Assembly: GCF_009914755.1 (NCBI RefSeq)
Contig: NC_060926.1
DNA length: 64,000 nt
Strand: one strand, 5' to 3'
Source: the human T2T-CHM13v2.0 reference genome, Homo sapiens
Position 1 is the stretch's first letter, and each line of letters begins with the position of its first letter. The translations under genes were made by a program, and so were the position numbers. Under the pieces are notes generated by a model, which was not told the DNA's origin, made no database searches, and was given only the letters and a program-made list of their open reading frames with translations. Positions 60,767 through 64,000 of the stretch are shown here, piece after piece.

Positions 60767-60979
60767 CTGAAAGGAGATGGGAGGCAGTAGATATTGAAAT
60801 TTGTAGTCTCTTTTATAGTAAATCTTCTAAGAAAGTTGTTAAAGTATGAAATAGTGATTATATACTTCTTAAACCTTTCACATTTACAATACTATGATAG
60901 ACTGATAAAGCGTTTTACTTTAGAGAAACTATCAAATATCAAGCTTATACAGCATTAATTTTGCAAAATTATATGCTCT

Positions 60980-61700
60980 CAATAATGAATTGTTGAAAGG
61001 TTACAATGTGCAAGGCAGTGTGTTAACACTAAAAGTAAAAAGCATAATGAGACATATTTAATGATCCTTAGGAACTTTCAATCTCATGGAAGGTACAGAT
61101 GTATTAAAAAGTTATTATAATGTAGTCTTATAAAATCAATCCTGTAGAATGTTAAGAAAGGTAATGACACATAATATAATATGGAGTCAGAAAGTCTTCC
61201 TGGGAAAGAGAGCATACAAACAGAGATTTAAAAGGAAAGTAGGGTCTACGTAGGCAAATCACACAGACAATTGTAAGTAATTTTTAGCTGTGAGACAGAA
61301 TAAGAAAAGATGCAGTGGCAACAAATTGATAGTATGTTGTGTAAAATATATAATTTGAGTTATTTCTGAAATTTAAACTAAAAACCAGGAAGTAGCAAGA
61401 GATTATACTGGAGCGATAGGTAGAAATCAAATCATGAAAGCTTTATGTTTCATATATAATATTTTGACTTTAATCTTGTAGACAATTCAGAGGCATTGAG
61501 TGTTTTACTAAACAATAGAAAAGATATAATCAGATTTAAATATTAAATGGATTGCTTTGATTGCTGAATAGATTGATTTGAGGAAAGTATTGCAGAATTA
61601 AGACACTTCTTAGGAAGCAGTTGAATTTGTCCAGATGGATGGAAACCTGATCTACAGTAGTAATTTGGCTGATAGAACACAGAGAATGCAATTAAAAAAT
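60980..61700 (-). mobile_element. L2 fragment
   Basis: Degenerate L2 motifs (gtgcaaggcagtgtgttaac; ggagtcagaaagtcttcctgg; attttgactttaatcttgtagac). Confidence 0.55.
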
Positions 61701-61817
61701 AATTACAAAATGAACTTGTAGTGTTTTTTATTATTAGATTGTGGAAAGAAATTATCAAACTTTTAAACTTGATATCTGAAATGGCTTTGCAATATTTTAG
61801 TTAAGAACGTTATTATA

Positions 61818-62181
<364 letters not shown>

Positions 62182-62595
62182 TTAAAATAATCAAAGTTCT
62201 AAAGACACTTTAGAGTCATTCTGAAATATTTTTCCATTACATTTTTCTGAAATCTGCTTGGGCATTGGGATGGTTATAATTCAACTATGTGAATGAAATA
62301 ACTGACATAAGGCATATCGACAAATACATTTATAATAAATGTGTCAAAGTGGAGTGCCAATATATGCATGTATTCGTAAACCAAATTGCATTCATTTGCT
62401 CACTTATTAACAATTATTGATTAAATACTTAATGTAAGCAAGACATGTAAGTATTGTGCAGAACTTTGTGTTCTCAGATATGTTAAAATCTATATGAATC
62501 TATAAGAATATAAAATCAATACAAATATAAAAAGCAAATTTACCAATTAGGCTCATGAGATCAGTTTCACAGAGATGATTCTAAAACTATTTGCC

Positions 62596-62900
<305 letters not shown>

Positions 62901-64000
62901 AAAACTATTTGCTTATATTTTTACCTTTTCTACATTTTGTGGATTATGTCAGGTAAACACAGTCAATTTTATGCTGTATTTGAGCCAGCCATATGTTTAT
63001 TTGATTTTTTTCACTTTAATCTGTTTTATTAAGATTCATAAGGGATTATTTAAAGAATTTATTGTAAATAACTTTTAAATGTATAGTGCATATTTTGAAG
63101 CTATATTTAAATTTGTTAAGTGTAAATTTAAAATTATTCAATATTTCAATTATACTAACACTTTTCTGATTATAAAATGTCTCTATCTCTAGTAATGATT
63201 TTAACTCATATTTAATTTTGTTACATTATTAAGGTTATGGAATGTTATTTCCTTTACATTGACATGAAACATGAATATTAAAATTTTTTCACTTCCAACA
63301 TTTCTTTGTCCTTATATTTTACATATCTCTCTTTTATGTAGCCTGCAGACAGACACTTTCCCCACAATTAAATGTGAGAAGCATAGTCTTTTTATTGTAG
63401 CATTTGGTTTACATCTCATCTAATCACTGATGTTATTTAACATTTATAATTCCACTTTTTACTTTAGATGACATCTGGAGTAGAAGTAGGTTGTGTAAAA
63501 GCAACCAATAATTAAAATGAGTAAACGATGATTCTTTGTGAGTTTTAGTTTACTCTTGTATCTTACTTTGAGTAGCCCCAGAAGCAGAACCTGAGACATT
63601 GTTGTAAGTACAAGTAATAAATTTTTTTAGGGTGGTGATTCCAGGAAATATGAGTAGGGTGATGGCATTGTGAGAGTGGTAAAGAAAATCTATGGAATAT
63701 AATTTTGACAAAACCTAAATAACCCTGCCAGTCTCTGAATTTCTTGTTTATTGGGAAGATTATATGAGATAATTCCTTATTTTCCACAGTTTGAAGAATG
63801 TCTCTGATAAAAATTTATCCATGTAATTACCAGTTTTCACAGATTGAGCAGAAAAATGAATTTTAGCTACATTTGCCAGTCACCTTCTATTTGTTTATTA
63901 TGATTTCAGTGTACATTCACACAAAATTGTGGCATGGAAACATATAGTCTACTGTAATACTACACAAAAGTTTCAGCTTGCTAGAATAATATTCCAATAA

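Noticed and set aside
63563-63787. 74-aa minus-strand ORF near a gtaaga donor-like site, as a fossil exon
   Set aside because: It overlaps ccccagaagcagaacctgagaca…ggtgattccagga, which resembles an old ERVL LTR (LTR16/33-like).

Overview
AT-rich, CpG-poor primate (very probably human) genomic DNA, dominated by interspersed repeats: L1s of several ages, about 11 Alus, a full THE1A provirus, a full-length Tigger1, MER44A, MER58B, several ERV1/ERVL solo LTRs and L2 fragments. It also carries a 5'-truncated ELF2 processed pseudogene on the minus strand. I can support no intact protein-coding gene. The unique sequence between repeats holds a chain of about 20 minus-strand segments (from about 60.8 kb down to about 4.1 kb) bounded by AG/GT splice signals, with open or nearly open frames. 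I read these as the fossil of a large multi-exon gene (candidate unitary pseudogene), with some motifs reminiscent of RGS22/RGSL1-type RGS domains; that family call is inference. Other notable structures: a perfect 129-bp inverted duplication inside an old, internally deleted L1; a head-to-head ELF2-retrocopy/Alu fusion with a fold-back junction; and a young L1PA 3' end with a 5' micro-inversion. Repeat subfamily names come from remembered consensus sequences, not a search.
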